A DNA stretch of 59,585 bases. Source: an uncultured Bacilli bacterium. GTDB taxonomy: Bacteria > Bacillota_I > Bacilli_A > RFN20 > CAG-449. Shown one piece after another: positions 20,474 to 30,624 of the stretch. The notes beneath the pieces are model-generated. The model searched no databases, was not told the DNA's origin, and worked only from the letters and a program-made list of their open reading frames with translations. Numbering within the stretch: the first letter of the stretch is position 1; every line of letters starts with the position of its first letter. Both the position numbers and the translations under genes were made by a program. Location of the stretch: the NCBI GenBank assembly GCA_944332525.1, contig CALVKD010000001.1, forward strand, positions 115,841 to 175,425, written 5' to 3'.

Positions 20474-20685
20474 AACTTTTTGATAAATTAATGAAAAAGT
20501 TATCCAATTTGAGCATACTTAATCAATATATTGTGGAAGATTTTGAAATATTTTTTTAAATTTAAAGACACATGTTAATAAATATTTTAACAAAAATTAG
20601 CAATTGCCTATTATTTTATTGTGCGTTATAGCATAACTTGTCGTTTTTTTGTCATATTTTGCATTTTACTAGATAATCTCTAAGT

Positions 20686-22116
20686 CTAGGGCTTTAATGA
20701 AAAGCTAATAAAATCAAAATGTCCTCTGCCACAAAATGTAAAATATAAGGATTTAACTCCAAAAACATTTTCAGCTTCTCCCTTAAATACATTAGTGGAT
20801 TGATCATTGATGATTAAAATTTTTGAAATTATTTTTCCGTTTAAATTATCTTTGACAATCATCTCGCCTACTGCTTTACCCTTTATTGTGACATATATAT
20901 TTTTTAGTGAAATAAAACTAAAATAACGGAAACCAGCAGTATCTCCATCTGTAAAATTTGCTATCACTTGTTTTATTTCATACCCGATTTTTTTTAAAAC
21001 AAGGCGAGGATGTTTCTTTTTTTTCAATGCCGAATAAAAGTAAGTACCTTTTCTTGAAAAAAGATGGCAAGCTATATTTGTACTATACGTTCCTTCACCG
21101 CGAAGAGGATAAACATTAATGCTTGATGAAGTCATTTCAGATTGTATAAATCTTCCATAATCATCTATTAAAAGTTTTTCTGCACAAACTTGACGGGAAA
21201 AACTATTTCCATTTGTTTGACGATGATAAAAAATATAATGGTTATCACCTATTGTCAGTATACTGCCATGATTATTTCCAGGATAATTTAAAGCATTTTT
21301 ATGATCGATACCACCTAAACCAATATCACCATTTGAAATAAGTATGCCTCCAAATTCAAACCCGTGATCAGGATAATCAGAAATCGCATAGCATAATTCA
21401 TCGTTATTGATAGATGAATAAACAAAATAATACTTATTATTAATTTTTCGCATTGAAGATGCTTCAAAAAATTCATGGCCAACGAAGGAAGTTCCTTCAC
21501 TATTGAAAATTGTAGGTATACCTAAAAATTTTACATTTTTAACAGTCACCATGTCGTCATTGAGCTCAGCTACGATTGGACCAAGTTTGGAAAATGGAGC
21601 ACCATGCGTTAATATTTTTGGAAATGATTTGGGACAAAAACCTGAATATAAATATATTTTATCATCAACAAAAATTGCCGGATCAAATTGAAAAATATCA
21701 TCTTTTTTCTTACCAAGCAATTTTCCGTCATCATGTTTAATATATCCAATAAATTCATATTTTCCTGCTGGCTTATCACAAGAAGCTACCGATATAAGTC
21801 CATTTCCACCACAAAAATAGTATAAATAATATCTATTATCTTTTCCTTTTGCTACATCCGGTGCACCTAATCCGCAAAAAAGCGAAAACCTTTTACCATT
21901 AGGATCTTGTTTTCTCTTATAGATTATCCCCTCATACTTCCAAGACGATAAATCATTAACATCTGCACTATAACAAACATAGTCACCTAAGCAAAAAGTG
22001 CGGCCATTATAGATATCATGGCTACCATACATATATATTCTGCCATCAAATATATGAACTTCTGGATCTGGCAAAAATTCAGTTTGCGGTAAAATTGGAT
22101 TGCTAATCTGATTCAT
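20686..22116 (-). CDS. GH43 glycoside hydrolase with C-terminal beta-sandwich/CBM-like domain
   Basis: PDPE, YGSHD, APD, FDPA, FFEASS, NNHGS motifs of five-bladed propeller GH43. No signal peptide. Confidence 0.88.
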   Translation of the reverse strand: MNQISNPILPQTEFLPDPEVHIFDGRIYMYGSHDIYNGRTFCLGDYVCYSADVNDLSSWKYEGIIYKRKQDPNGKRFSLFCGLGAPDVAKGKDNRYYLYYFCGGNGLISVASCDKPAGKYEFIGYIKHDDGKLLGKKKDDIFQFDPAIFVDDKIYLYSGFCPKSFPKILTHGAPFSKLGPIVAELNDDMVTVKNVKFLGIPTIFNSEGTSFVGHEFFEASSMRKINNKYYFVYSSINNDELCYAISDYPDHGFEFGGILISNGDIGLGGIDHKNALNYPGNNHGSILTIGDNHYIFYHRQTNGNSFSRQVCAEKLLIDDYGRFIQSEMTSSSINVYPLRGEGTYSTNIACHLFSRKGTYFYSALKKKKHPRLVLKKIGYEIKQVIANFTDGDTAGFRYFSFISLKNIYVTIKGKAVGEMIVKDNLNGKIISKILIINDQSTNVFKGEAENVFGVKSLYFTFCGRGHFDFISFSLKP

Positions 22117-22987
22117 TTAGTACCTCAAGAAATTTTTCAATAAGTTGTTCGAGTTCTGAATAATCGCTTTCACTTATGCCAATTTTTTCAATGCTCTCAG
22201 GAATTTGATAATAACATTTCTTCACATAATGAAGCAAAACTTCAGCTATTACTTCAGATGTAAAACCATTATCAAATAATGAAAAAGGGTAATTAACTGT
22301 TTCTAACTGAGATAAAAGCTCTTTAGTATTATTAATAAGAGAAATATCTTCAGTCAAAGAATCTAAATATTTTATTGCAGCAATGTACCCTTTTTTATCA
22401 AAGGGGAGTTTTTGATTTGCTGGATTAAAAACAAAATTTTTATTATCCTTTACAACATTAAATTTTTGCGAAATCTGTTGTTCTACGAGAATTATTAATA
22501 ATAAAACCTTAATTTGATAAGAATGATTCTCAATTAAAAATTTTTTAATATACGGCAAATAATTACGGGCATTGAGGGATGAAAGATATTTAATTGCAGC
22601 TAGGTTTGCAACCTTATCTGAACTTTGTAAATCATTAATCATCTCTTCTTCACTATATTCGCGATGTTTCTTTAGGCGAGAATTAATCTCATCATAAAGA
22701 TCTTTTAAATAAAAATAGGTATTTGCATCACCATAATCGCTATTAAGATATTGTTCACAGAGTTGTTTTGCTCTTTGATAGTCATCGCGATAAAGATAAT
22801 AATTTAGATGATGATGAATAAACTTATCTGCAGAATAAGATAATAATTTATCTTTATTCAATTTAAAAAAATCATCTAAATCTTTAGAATCTCCATACTT
22901 GACTATTAAATCAAAATAAGAAAAAAGCACCTCTGGATCATCAGAGTGTGCTAATTGTTTTTTTTCATCTAAAATTTTATTTTTCAT
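22103..22987 (-). CDS. Helical hypothetical protein (possibly DUF3196-like)
   Basis: 294 aa ORF overlapping both neighbours. Family assignment is from recollection only. Confidence 0.6.
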   Translation of the reverse strand: MKNKILDEKKQLAHSDDPEVLFSYFDLIVKYGDSKDLDDFFKLNKDKLLSYSADKFIHHHLNYYLYRDDYQRAKQLCEQYLNSDYGDANTYFYLKDLYDEINSRLKKHREYSEEEMINDLQSSDKVANLAAIKYLSSLNARNYLPYIKKFLIENHSYQIKVLLLIILVEQQISQKFNVVKDNKNFVFNPANQKLPFDKKGYIAAIKYLDSLTEDISLINNTKELLSQLETVNYPFSLFDNGFTSEVIAEVLLHYVKKCYYQIPESIEKIGISESDYSELEQLIEKFLEVLNESD

Positions 22988-23649
22988 AAATCTATTTTGT
23001 TAGAAATATGATATTTTTTCAACAACTTTTGGACTAGTTTTAGGTTTGGTTTACGAATTGATAAATCATGGCAGTCAGAAGCTACAAAATCAACGAACCC
23101 ATTTTGCATCATTGTAATCGCTCTTTTATAAACTTCTTTTCCAAAATCTTTTAGAAGAGATGATGTATTAATTTGCACTAATATACCACAAGATTTAATT
23201 TCATTAATGTCATCGATAGTTAAATATAAATATCTTTCTGGATGGGCTAATATAACATTATATCCTTTAGTAACCATCATATATAATTTATCAACAATTC
23301 TATAATGTGGAGAATGAAACGGAAATTCTACTAGCAGATACTTTGAATTAGCCAAAGTGAAAACATCATTTCCATTTAAAATTCTTTGATACAAATTTTC
23401 ATTATACAAGATTTCAGCTCCTAAATATGTTTTCAAAGGCAAATCAGGACAATTAGAAATCAACAAATGGTATTGCGCTTTTATTTTTTCTTTTTTTTCT
23501 TCAAATTTTGAGTCGTACAAAAAATGAGGTGTGAACATTACCTGTTCAACGCCATTTTGAACTTCTAGTTCTAACATTTTAATCGACATCTCTAACGATT
23601 TAGAGCCATCGTCGACTTGTGGAATTATGTGCGTATGTAAATCAATCAT
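22984..23649 (-). CDS. cpsB: PHP-family protein-tyrosine phosphatase CpsB/CapC
   Basis: IDLHTHI..DDG, TPH, AHPERY, ASDCH motifs. Confidence 0.93.
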   Translation of the reverse strand: MIDLHTHIIPQVDDGSKSLEMSIKMLELEVQNGVEQVMFTPHFLYDSKFEEKKEKIKAQYHLLISNCPDLPLKTYLGAEILYNENLYQRILNGNDVFTLANSKYLLVEFPFHSPHYRIVDKLYMMVTKGYNVILAHPERYLYLTIDDINEIKSCGILVQINTSSLLKDFGKEVYKRAITMMQNGFVDFVASDCHDLSIRKPNLKLVQKLLKKYHISNKIDL

Positions 23650-24365
23650 TTGCTTTTGCCGTAGCCATAAGAATAGTAATTATATCCATAAGCCTTCTTA
23701 TCATGTTTTTTAACATGCGTAAGGACAACACCGGCAATATCCACATCGGCATTTCTTAAACGGCTTATAGTCTCATTAAATTCATTCTTTTTTGTGACTC
23801 CAGAATAGCAAACTACAATATATTGATCGATAGTTCCAGAAACAGACACCATATCAGATGCCGCTAAAACTGGAGGAGTATCAACAAAAATATAATCATA
23901 TTTGTTTTTAACAATTTCAAAAAGAGAATTTAACTTTTGAGATTGCAAAACCTTATTAGGATAAGGCGTATGAGTTCCCGCGGTAATTATGTCAAGATTG
24001 TTAATTTTTGTATGATGAATAGCTGTTTCCAAATCACATTTTTCGAAGCAATAGTCAGTAATACCGTTCGAATTCGGAATCTTGAAAAAATAATGAATAG
24101 TAGGTCTTCTTAAATCCAAATCGATAATTAAAACTTTATTATCAGAATTTGCATATACCTGTGCCAAATTGACACATGTTGATGATTTTCCTTCTCCAGG
24201 AGCAGTTGAAGTCACTGCAAAAAATTTTTTCTTTTGGTCGACTGAAGCAAAATCAAGATTAATTTGAATATCTGCGTAATTTTGATAAGCATGCGTATCA
24301 GGAGATACTAAAACTTCTCTACGATTCATTTTTGCTTTTTTCTTTTTAAATAAATTACTTAGCAT
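23646..24365 (-). CDS. cpsD: BY-kinase CpsD/CapB
   Basis: Walker A GEGKS, DLDLRRP, DTPP, C-terminal Tyr cluster YGYNYYSYGY. Start set at MLSNLF (24365) from the GGAGGTG SD. Confidence 0.94.
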   Translation of the reverse strand: MLSNLFKKKKAKMNRREVLVSPDTHAYQNYADIQINLDFASVDQKKKFFAVTSTAPGEGKSSTCVNLAQVYANSDNKVLIIDLDLRRPTIHYFFKIPNSNGITDYCFEKCDLETAIHHTKINNLDIITAGTHTPYPNKVLQSQKLNSLFEIVKNKYDYIFVDTPPVLAASDMVSVSGTIDQYIVVCYSGVTKKNEFNETISRLRNADVDIAGVVLTHVKKHDKKAYGYNYYSYGYGKSK

Positions 24366-25140
24366 GCTTTTCACCTCCGATATCTTCTTTTTCATCTAAT
24401 AAATCAGGGATGATTCCAATGACCTTTAGCTTATATTTGTCTTCAATATATTTTGGCGAATTAACAGTATTATCCAATGCCTCTCTAACAAAGGCATAAA
24501 TAACTCCAATAACAAGTCCACCAACTATACCAACTAAGCCAAATAATGTTTTACTCGCGCTTACTTCTTCACATTCACAGGTTGTTCCGTCCCCAAAGGT
24601 AGGTCCCTGTGAAGCAATAGTAATCATGTCTTTAAACATTGTGAATCTAGAATCGCTTGAGGAAATATCTTGGGCAGCAATAATTAAATTTTCTAAAACA
24701 ATTCTTGAAACATTTTCCGCACCAGATGTATAAGAAATAACAATACAGACAGTAGTATCAGTTGAGGTTGAAGTACCAATATTTTTAATAATCTCAAGAT
24801 AATCTAATTCCGTACCTGGTAATAGATTTTTTTCTTCAATCAAGCTAACAGTTTCTTTAGCAACAGCAGAATCAGTGATGAAATCTTTAAAAGTATCAAT
24901 AATTCGTAAAGATTCAACAATCTGATCTGATGGATCAGTAGAATCACCACCGATATTATTTAAGAGATAAACTCTTTGTGTAGCCTCATACGAAGGCTTC
25001 AAAATGAACGTTGTTCCGATGCCAACAGCAAAACCAGCGACAATAAATATTATTAAAGCAATCAAATGTACCCTTAAAATATGAAAGATATCCATTAACG
25101 ATAATCCTTCTTCTTGGGTTTGGATGTTTTCGTTTTCCAT
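24355..25140 (-). CDS. cpsC: Wzz/CpsC/CapA-type kinase modulator (polysaccharide co-polymerase)
   Basis: Two TM helices flanking an external loop, PxYxA motif, C-terminal LDNTV...VIGIIP activator segment. Confidence 0.88.
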   Translation of the reverse strand: MENENIQTQEEGLSLMDIFHILRVHLIALIIFIVAGFAVGIGTTFILKPSYEATQRVYLLNNIGGDSTDPSDQIVESLRIIDTFKDFITDSAVAKETVSLIEEKNLLPGTELDYLEIIKNIGTSTSTDTTVCIVISYTSGAENVSRIVLENLIIAAQDISSSDSRFTMFKDMITIASQGPTFGDGTTCECEEVSASKTLFGLVGIVGGLVIGVIYAFVREALDNTVNSPKYIEDKYKLKVIGIIPDLLDEKEDIGGEKHAK

Positions 25141-25164
25141 ATTGCTCCTTTCCTTTTCTATTTT

Positions 25165-25193
25165 AGTATAACCATATCACTAGATACTTGCAA
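25165..25193 (-). promoter_or_regulatory. Sigma-A promoter for cpsC-cpsD-cpsB
   Basis: TTGCAA-17-TATACT followed by AAGGAG SD. Confidence 0.6.
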
Positions 25194-25382
25194 GAACGCA
25201 ATATCGTATTAAAAAAATAATTTTACCTGATTTTTATATCGTTTTTGTTGTTTGCATTGCACTAATATTTTGATAATATGGCATTATCACCAAATTTGTT
25301 AAATTATTTAATATATATTTTGCCAAGGTAAGCTATTATTAAATATTAGTTTTCTTTTTACCGCCTTTAATCAATAAAACAA

Positions 25383-26633
25383 TCACATAGCATAATTATT
25401 AAATTTGAGCAATCCGTATTTCTTCTTTCCTCTTCTAAAAACAAGATAAATTCCATCAATAGCGTCTTCTTTGGTTAAAGTTTTATCAAGCGAAGTAATT
25501 TTATCGCCATTTACTGTAATAGCCCCACCTTGAATAAATTCCCTTGCTTCACGTTTACTAGAAGCGAGTTTAGAAGTGATTAACGCATCAACAATATTAG
25601 TATTTTCCTCTATCGTTCCTTGCATGAGATCTTTAAATCCCATTTCAATTTCTTCACCTTTCAAGGTTTTGATGTCACCATTGAATAAAGCATTGGTAAT
25701 TTTTACTGCCTGTTGATATTTTTCTTCCCCATGAACATACTTAGTAACTTCTTCCGCCAAACGCTTTTGAGCTAAACGTAAATGCGGTGCTGATAAAAAT
25801 TCTTTTTCAATCTCAGCAATTTCTTCTAATGAAAGAAAAGTAAATTGTTTTAAGCGCATAATGACTTCGTTATCAGGTGTATTAATCCAAAATTGATAAA
25901 ATTCATATGGTGAAGTTTTTTTACTATCGAGCCAGACTGATTTACCATCCTCGCTCTTTCCAAATTTAGTTCCATCACTCTTTAAGATAAGCGGTATTGT
26001 TAATCCATACGCTTTTGCTTGGAAACCATGTTTTTTTCTAATTAACTCAAGACCTGAAGTGATATTTCCCCATTGATCTTGTCCACCGATTTGCATTTGG
26101 CAGTTACATGCATCATAAAGATGATTCCAGTCAAGCGCTTGTAAAATTTGATAAGAAAATTCAGTATAAGATATGCCGCTTTCTAATCTAGATTTAACAG
26201 TGTCTTTATTAATCATATAATTAACATTGAATTCTTTACCATAATCGCGTAAGAACGAAATTAAATCGATTTTACTAATCCAGTCAAAATTATTAACGAC
26301 TGTATCAAAATGAAAAATATCTTTAACTTGTCTTGCTAAAGCTTCAGCATTGTGAAGAGTTGTTTCAAGTGTTAACATTTTTCTTTCACCTTGCATTTTA
26401 GGATCGCCAATTAATCCAGTTGCACCTCCGATAAGTAAAACCGGGTGATGGCCATGCTCAAGCAACCTCTTAGCAACTAAAAAAGTACAAAGGTGTCCGA
26501 CATGTAAACTATCGCCGGTCGGATCGGCACCTAAATAAAATGTTACTTTATTATTTTCTAAAAAATCACCAATATCTTCATCAGTCGCTTGGAAAAATAA
26601 ATTTCTGCTTTTTAATTCATCGAGTATTCTCAT
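25383..26633 (-). CDS. tyrS: Tyrosyl-tRNA synthetase
   Basis: DPTGDSLHVGH, QIGGQDQWGN, KFGKS, C-terminal S4 domain. Confidence 0.98.
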   Translation of the reverse strand: MRILDELKSRNLFFQATDEDIGDFLENNKVTFYLGADPTGDSLHVGHLCTFLVAKRLLEHGHHPVLLIGGATGLIGDPKMQGERKMLTLETTLHNAEALARQVKDIFHFDTVVNNFDWISKIDLISFLRDYGKEFNVNYMINKDTVKSRLESGISYTEFSYQILQALDWNHLYDACNCQMQIGGQDQWGNITSGLELIRKKHGFQAKAYGLTIPLILKSDGTKFGKSEDGKSVWLDSKKTSPYEFYQFWINTPDNEVIMRLKQFTFLSLEEIAEIEKEFLSAPHLRLAQKRLAEEVTKYVHGEEKYQQAVKITNALFNGDIKTLKGEEIEMGFKDLMQGTIEENTNIVDALITSKLASSKREAREFIQGGAITVNGDKITSLDKTLTKEDAIDGIYLVFRRGKKKYGLLKFNNYAM

Positions 26634-26805
26634 AATTAATTCCTCATTCTAACTATCATTTAAAAATATACTATATAACTATTTTTCATTCAACTTTTAA
26701 AGCGCTCATTACCAATTCATTATTTGTTTTTATTTGTGATTTAAGCGAAGAAAATCATTGTATAAATATTTAATAATCATTAATATTATTTAGAGGTGAT
26801 AAATT

Positions 26806-28188
26806 ATGTATGCAAAAAACATTTTATTAGATGCTTCTGATAAGAAGTTAAAAGAGATTTCTGCTTTTGCTGAAGATTACAAATCTTTTATTAGTACAGC
26901 AAAAACCGAAAGAGAATGCGTCAAAGAAGCTGAAATTCTTGCTTTAAAGCATGGTTTCAAAAATCTTGACGATGTAATTAAATTTCAACAAGGTTTAAAA
27001 CCAGGCGATAAAGTTTATCAAATTAACCGCCATAAAAATATTGTTCTTTATCACATCGGCAAGAAAGATCTTACTGATGGCATTAGAATCTTAGGAGCTC
27101 ATATCGACTCTCCTAGACTTGATATCAAGCAAAACCCACTTTATCAAAAAGATGATTTTGCTCTTCTTGATACCCATTACTATGGTGGAGTCAAAAAATA
27201 TCAATGGGTTACCATTCCACTTGCTTTACATGGTGTATTTTGCAAGAAGGATGGTTCAACTGTTAGTTTCGCTATTGGTGAAAAAGAAGATGATCCAGTC
27301 TTCGGTATTTCTGATTTATTAATTCACTTAGCAGCTGATCAAATGAAGAAAACTGCAGCGACAGTTATCGAAGGAGAAAAGCTCGATGTCACGCTCGGAT
27401 CAACACCTTTAAAAGGCGAAAGTGAAAACGCTGTTAAAGCAAACATTTTAAAGCTTCTTAAAGATGCTTATCAAGTTGAAGAAGAAGATTTCCTTTCAGC
27501 AGAAATTGAAGTAGTTCCTGCTGGTAAAGCTAGAGACTATGGTCTAGATAGAAGTATGATTGCTGGATATGGACATGATGACCGCGTCTGCGCATATACT
27601 TCATTAAGAGCTATTCTTGATGAAAAAGAAATTCCTGAAGAAACAACCTGCTGCATTCTTGTTGATAAAGAAGAAATCGGATCAGTCGGGGCAACCGGAG
27701 CTCAATCTAAATTCTTTGAAGATTCCATTGCCGAATTACTCACAATTACCGATCATCCTTCCTATGTTGATTTAAAGAGAACATTAACTAATTCTAAGAT
27801 GTTATCAAGCGATGTCTCAGCTGGATTTGATCCATTATTCCCAGAAGTCAATGAACCAAAGAACTCTGCTTACTTCAATCATGGTATCGTATTTAACAAA
27901 TACACCGGTTCCCGTGGAAAATCTGGTTCAAACGATGCTTCAGGTGAATACTTTGCTTATATTAGAAAAGTAATGGATGAAAACAATATCTATTTCCAAA
28001 CCGCCGAACTCGGAAAAGTTGATCAAGGCGGCGGAGGAACTATTGCTTATATCTTAGGCAATTACAATATGAATGTTGTTGATGCCGGAATTGCTGTCTT
28101 CAACATGCACGCGCCTATGGAAATTGTTTCAAAAGCTGATGTATATGAAACATATTTAGCTTATAAGGCCTTCTTATCAAGTAAGTAA
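26806..28188 (+). CDS. apeA: M18 family aminopeptidase
   Basis: AHIDSP, DDR, DKEEIGS, SSDV, MHAP motifs. Confidence 0.9.
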   Translation: MYAKNILLDASDKKLKEISAFAEDYKSFISTAKTERECVKEAEILALKHGFKNLDDVIKFQQGLKPGDKVYQINRHKNIVLYHIGKKDLTDGIRILGAHIDSPRLDIKQNPLYQKDDFALLDTHYYGGVKKYQWVTIPLALHGVFCKKDGSTVSFAIGEKEDDPVFGISDLLIHLAADQMKKTAATVIEGEKLDVTLGSTPLKGESENAVKANILKLLKDAYQVEEEDFLSAEIEVVPAGKARDYGLDRSMIAGYGHDDRVCAYTSLRAILDEKEIPEETTCCILVDKEEIGSVGATGAQSKFFEDSIAELLTITDHPSYVDLKRTLTNSKMLSSDVSAGFDPLFPEVNEPKNSAYFNHGIVFNKYTGSRGKSGSNDASGEYFAYIRKVMDENNIYFQTAELGKVDQGGGGTIAYILGNYNMNVVDAGIAVFNMHAPMEIVSKADVYETYLAYKAFLSSK

Positions 28189-28197
28189 AATTTATTT

Positions 28198-28222
28198 AAT
28201 CCCGGATAATCCGGGATTTTTT
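28198..28222 (+). terminator. Intrinsic terminator after the aminopeptidase
   Basis: AATCCCGGA-TAA-TCCGGGATT followed by a T tract. Confidence 0.8.
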
Positions 28223-28258
28223 ATACTCATTTTTCATGAAATTATTTATAATTAATCT

Positions 28259-28996
28259 ATGAATTTTATTATTTATATTTCTCCGGCAAAAAAGATGAAA
28301 GATTATGATTATTACCCTTATGACAATCATTTATTTTTCAATAGAGAAAAGATCTCGCTTGAAAAATATCTTTTAAGTTTAAATACTTCTGAGCTAAAAA
28401 TTATATATAAGGCATCCGATAAGATTGTTGATGAAAATTATCAATTACTGCATCAAGGTGTAAAGATTCTTTCACCGGCTATTTTTGCATATGATGGAAT
28501 TCAATTTCAAAGTTTATCACCAAATGCTTTAAGCCAAGATGAACTTAATTATTTGCAAAAGCATCTTTTTATTATCTCAGGATACTATGGACTGTTAAAA
28601 CCTTTAGATGGTGTCTCTCCGTATAGATTAGAAATGCAAAGCAAAATAAATTATCTTTCATATAAAAATCTTTATGATTTTTGGAGTAATAAACTTTTTA
28701 ATCTTCTTAAAACTGAAAGCCATATTTTTATAAATCTTGCCTCTGATGAATATAATAAAGCTATTTCGCTTCATAAAACTAGTGATGTTAACATTATTAA
28801 TATTCGATTTTACCAAAGAAAAAACGATAAGTTAGTCATGCAGTCGACAGAGATAAAGGCTTCTCGCGGAGATTTTTTACGATTTCTTGCAGAAAATAGA
28901 ATTGAAAATATTGAAGATATGCAAAAATACAATCGCCGAAACTATAAATATTCTAAAGAATTATCAGATACAAATAACCTTGTCTTTGTAAAATAA
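28259..28996 (+). CDS. yaaA: YaaA (UPF0246) peroxide stress protein
   Basis: ISPAK, ISGYYGLLKPLD, YRLEM, NLASDEY, KASRG motifs. Confidence 0.92.
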   Translation: MNFIIYISPAKKMKDYDYYPYDNHLFFNREKISLEKYLLSLNTSELKIIYKASDKIVDENYQLLHQGVKILSPAIFAYDGIQFQSLSPNALSQDELNYLQKHLFIISGYYGLLKPLDGVSPYRLEMQSKINYLSYKNLYDFWSNKLFNLLKTESHIFINLASDEYNKAISLHKTSDVNIINIRFYQRKNDKLVMQSTEIKASRGDFLRFLAENRIENIEDMQKYNRRNYKYSKELSDTNNLVFVK

Positions 28997-28997
28997 A

Positions 28998-29024
28998 AAG
29001 ATGCATCTAATTTAGATGCATCTT
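28998..29024. terminator. Bidirectional terminator between yaaA and uraA
   Basis: AAGATGCATCTAA-T-TTAGATGCATCTT. Confidence 0.75.
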
Positions 29025-29047
29025 GTTCTTTAATTATTTGTTTTTGA

Positions 29048-30496
29048 TTAGAGACGTTTCTTTTGTTCTTCAATCATTCTATCAATTTCTTCTTCAGAGA
29101 GATTATCTTCTTTCTTATCTCTTAAGATAGCATTAAGGATAATACCGAGAATCATTGATAATGCTGTCGAAGTGAATGTTGCAGTTGAATCGCCGAGAGT
29201 GAAGGAAATAGTTAATCCACCAATACCTACAACAAGAATGACAGAAGCGATAATTATATTGTTAGTGCGGTCGAAGTTAATTTTTTCATTGATTAACATC
29301 TTAACACCAGATGAAGCGATGAAGCCATAAAGAATTAAGCTAACACCACCAGTAATGCACTTAGGCATTGTTTCAAGAACAGCGGTTAACGGACCGACAA
29401 AGCCGAATAAAATTGTTAAGATACATGCTAAGAAGATAACGCCAACTGAAGCGATTCTAGTAACACCGACGACTGCGACATTTTCACCATAAGTTGTATT
29501 TGCAGCACCGCATAAGACACCAGAAACTGCTGTTGCAACACCATCACCGATTAAGGTTCTAGTGATACCTGGTTCGCCATTGAGTAAATCTCTTCCGATG
29601 ATATTACCGACGTTTTTGTGGTCACCGATATGTTCGCAAATTGTAACGAGTGATACTGGAGCAAAGATGATGAAGACTGATCCGAGCATCATTGGAGTAA
29701 ATTGAACTTCTTGATTGATAGCGTTAAGGAACATAAAGTCGACATTGATATATGATTTCCAGCTTGTCCAATCCAGAGAAGTTAATGGAGTAAGGTCAAC
29801 GATTTGAAGTGCTGAAACACCAGCTGCTCTACCGATTAAAGTAAGAATTAATGAGAGTACGTAAGCTGAACCCATACCGATAACAAACGGGATTAAAGAA
29901 ACCATTTTCTTACCGAAGTGAGAGCAGATAGCAGTGATAAACATTGCTACTAAACCCATTAATAATGACATATATTGTGAGCCACCAGCGACATCGACTG
30001 TATTCATATTAGCAACTGCTGATGTAGCTAAACCTAAGCCGATAACCATGATGACTGGTCCGATAACTACTGGAGGTAATAACTTATTAAGCCATTTTGT
30101 ACCGAACTTTTTAATTAATAATGCGACGACGACATAGATAATTCCTACAAGAATCATACCTAAGATGACTGCGAGGAAGTTTCTGTTCATATTACCAGGT
30201 GTGGTAATAAACTGTAAACCTTCTTGGCTGACGCCAATACCGAGTGCCGCTATCATTGCTGAAATATATGCAAATGATGATGCCAAGAAAACCGGGCTCT
30301 TACCTTTTGTTGCGATAATGTAAATGATAGTACCAACACCAGCACTGATCAAGGTAGGTCCGATAGCCAATCCGGTCTGCCATGCAACAGTGATACATGC
30401 GACAAGCATCGCAAAGATGTGTTGGAATGCGAATAAAATCCAGCTTCTAATCTTCTTAGGATTTTCATTCACGTCAAGAATTAATTTCTGTGCCAT
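29048..30496 (-). CDS. uraA: NCS2 nucleobase transporter, uracil permease type
   Basis: QH in TM1, SSFAY, EHIGD, NTTYGENVAVVGVTR signature of UraA/PyrP. Confidence 0.9.
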   Translation of the reverse strand: MAQKLILDVNENPKKIRSWILFAFQHIFAMLVACITVAWQTGLAIGPTLISAGVGTIIYIIATKGKSPVFLASSFAYISAMIAALGIGVSQEGLQFITTPGNMNRNFLAVILGMILVGIIYVVVALLIKKFGTKWLNKLLPPVVIGPVIMVIGLGLATSAVANMNTVDVAGGSQYMSLLMGLVAMFITAICSHFGKKMVSLIPFVIGMGSAYVLSLILTLIGRAAGVSALQIVDLTPLTSLDWTSWKSYINVDFMFLNAINQEVQFTPMMLGSVFIIFAPVSLVTICEHIGDHKNVGNIIGRDLLNGEPGITRTLIGDGVATAVSGVLCGAANTTYGENVAVVGVTRIASVGVIFLACILTILFGFVGPLTAVLETMPKCITGGVSLILYGFIASSGVKMLINEKINFDRTNNIIIASVILVVGIGGLTISFTLGDSTATFTSTALSMILGIILNAILRDKKEDNLSEEEIDRMIEEQKKRL

Positions 30497-30521
30497 GTTT
30501 TTTTCTCCCTTTCAAATTCTC

Positions 30522-30548
30522 AAAAAAAAACTTGTCCCTAAAGACAAG
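30522..30548 (-). terminator. Attenuator terminator in the uraA leader
   Basis: CTTGTC-TTTAGG-GACAAG followed by U9, ending 25 nt upstream of the uraA start. Confidence 0.8.
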
Positions 30549-30552
30549 TATT

Positions 30553-30624
30553 TCATGAGATAACAAATAATAAAAACTTTGAGCGTAAGATAAATTTGGC
30601 TGTGTTCGTCGCTAAATGCTTCAT
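30553..30624 (-). CDS. Putative 23 aa leader peptide MKHLATNTAKFILRSKFLLFVIS
   Basis: GAGGGA SD 6 nt before ATG, lies between a TTTACA-16-TGcTATAAT promoter (30655-30682) and the terminator. Below the ORF track cut-off. Confidence 0.55.
   Translation of the reverse strand: MKHLATNTAKFILRSKFLLFVIS

Noticed and set aside
26695-26712. TTAAAGCGCTCATT as a cre site before the aminopeptidase
   Set aside because: Lacks the terminal TG/CA; too weak in AT-rich DNA.
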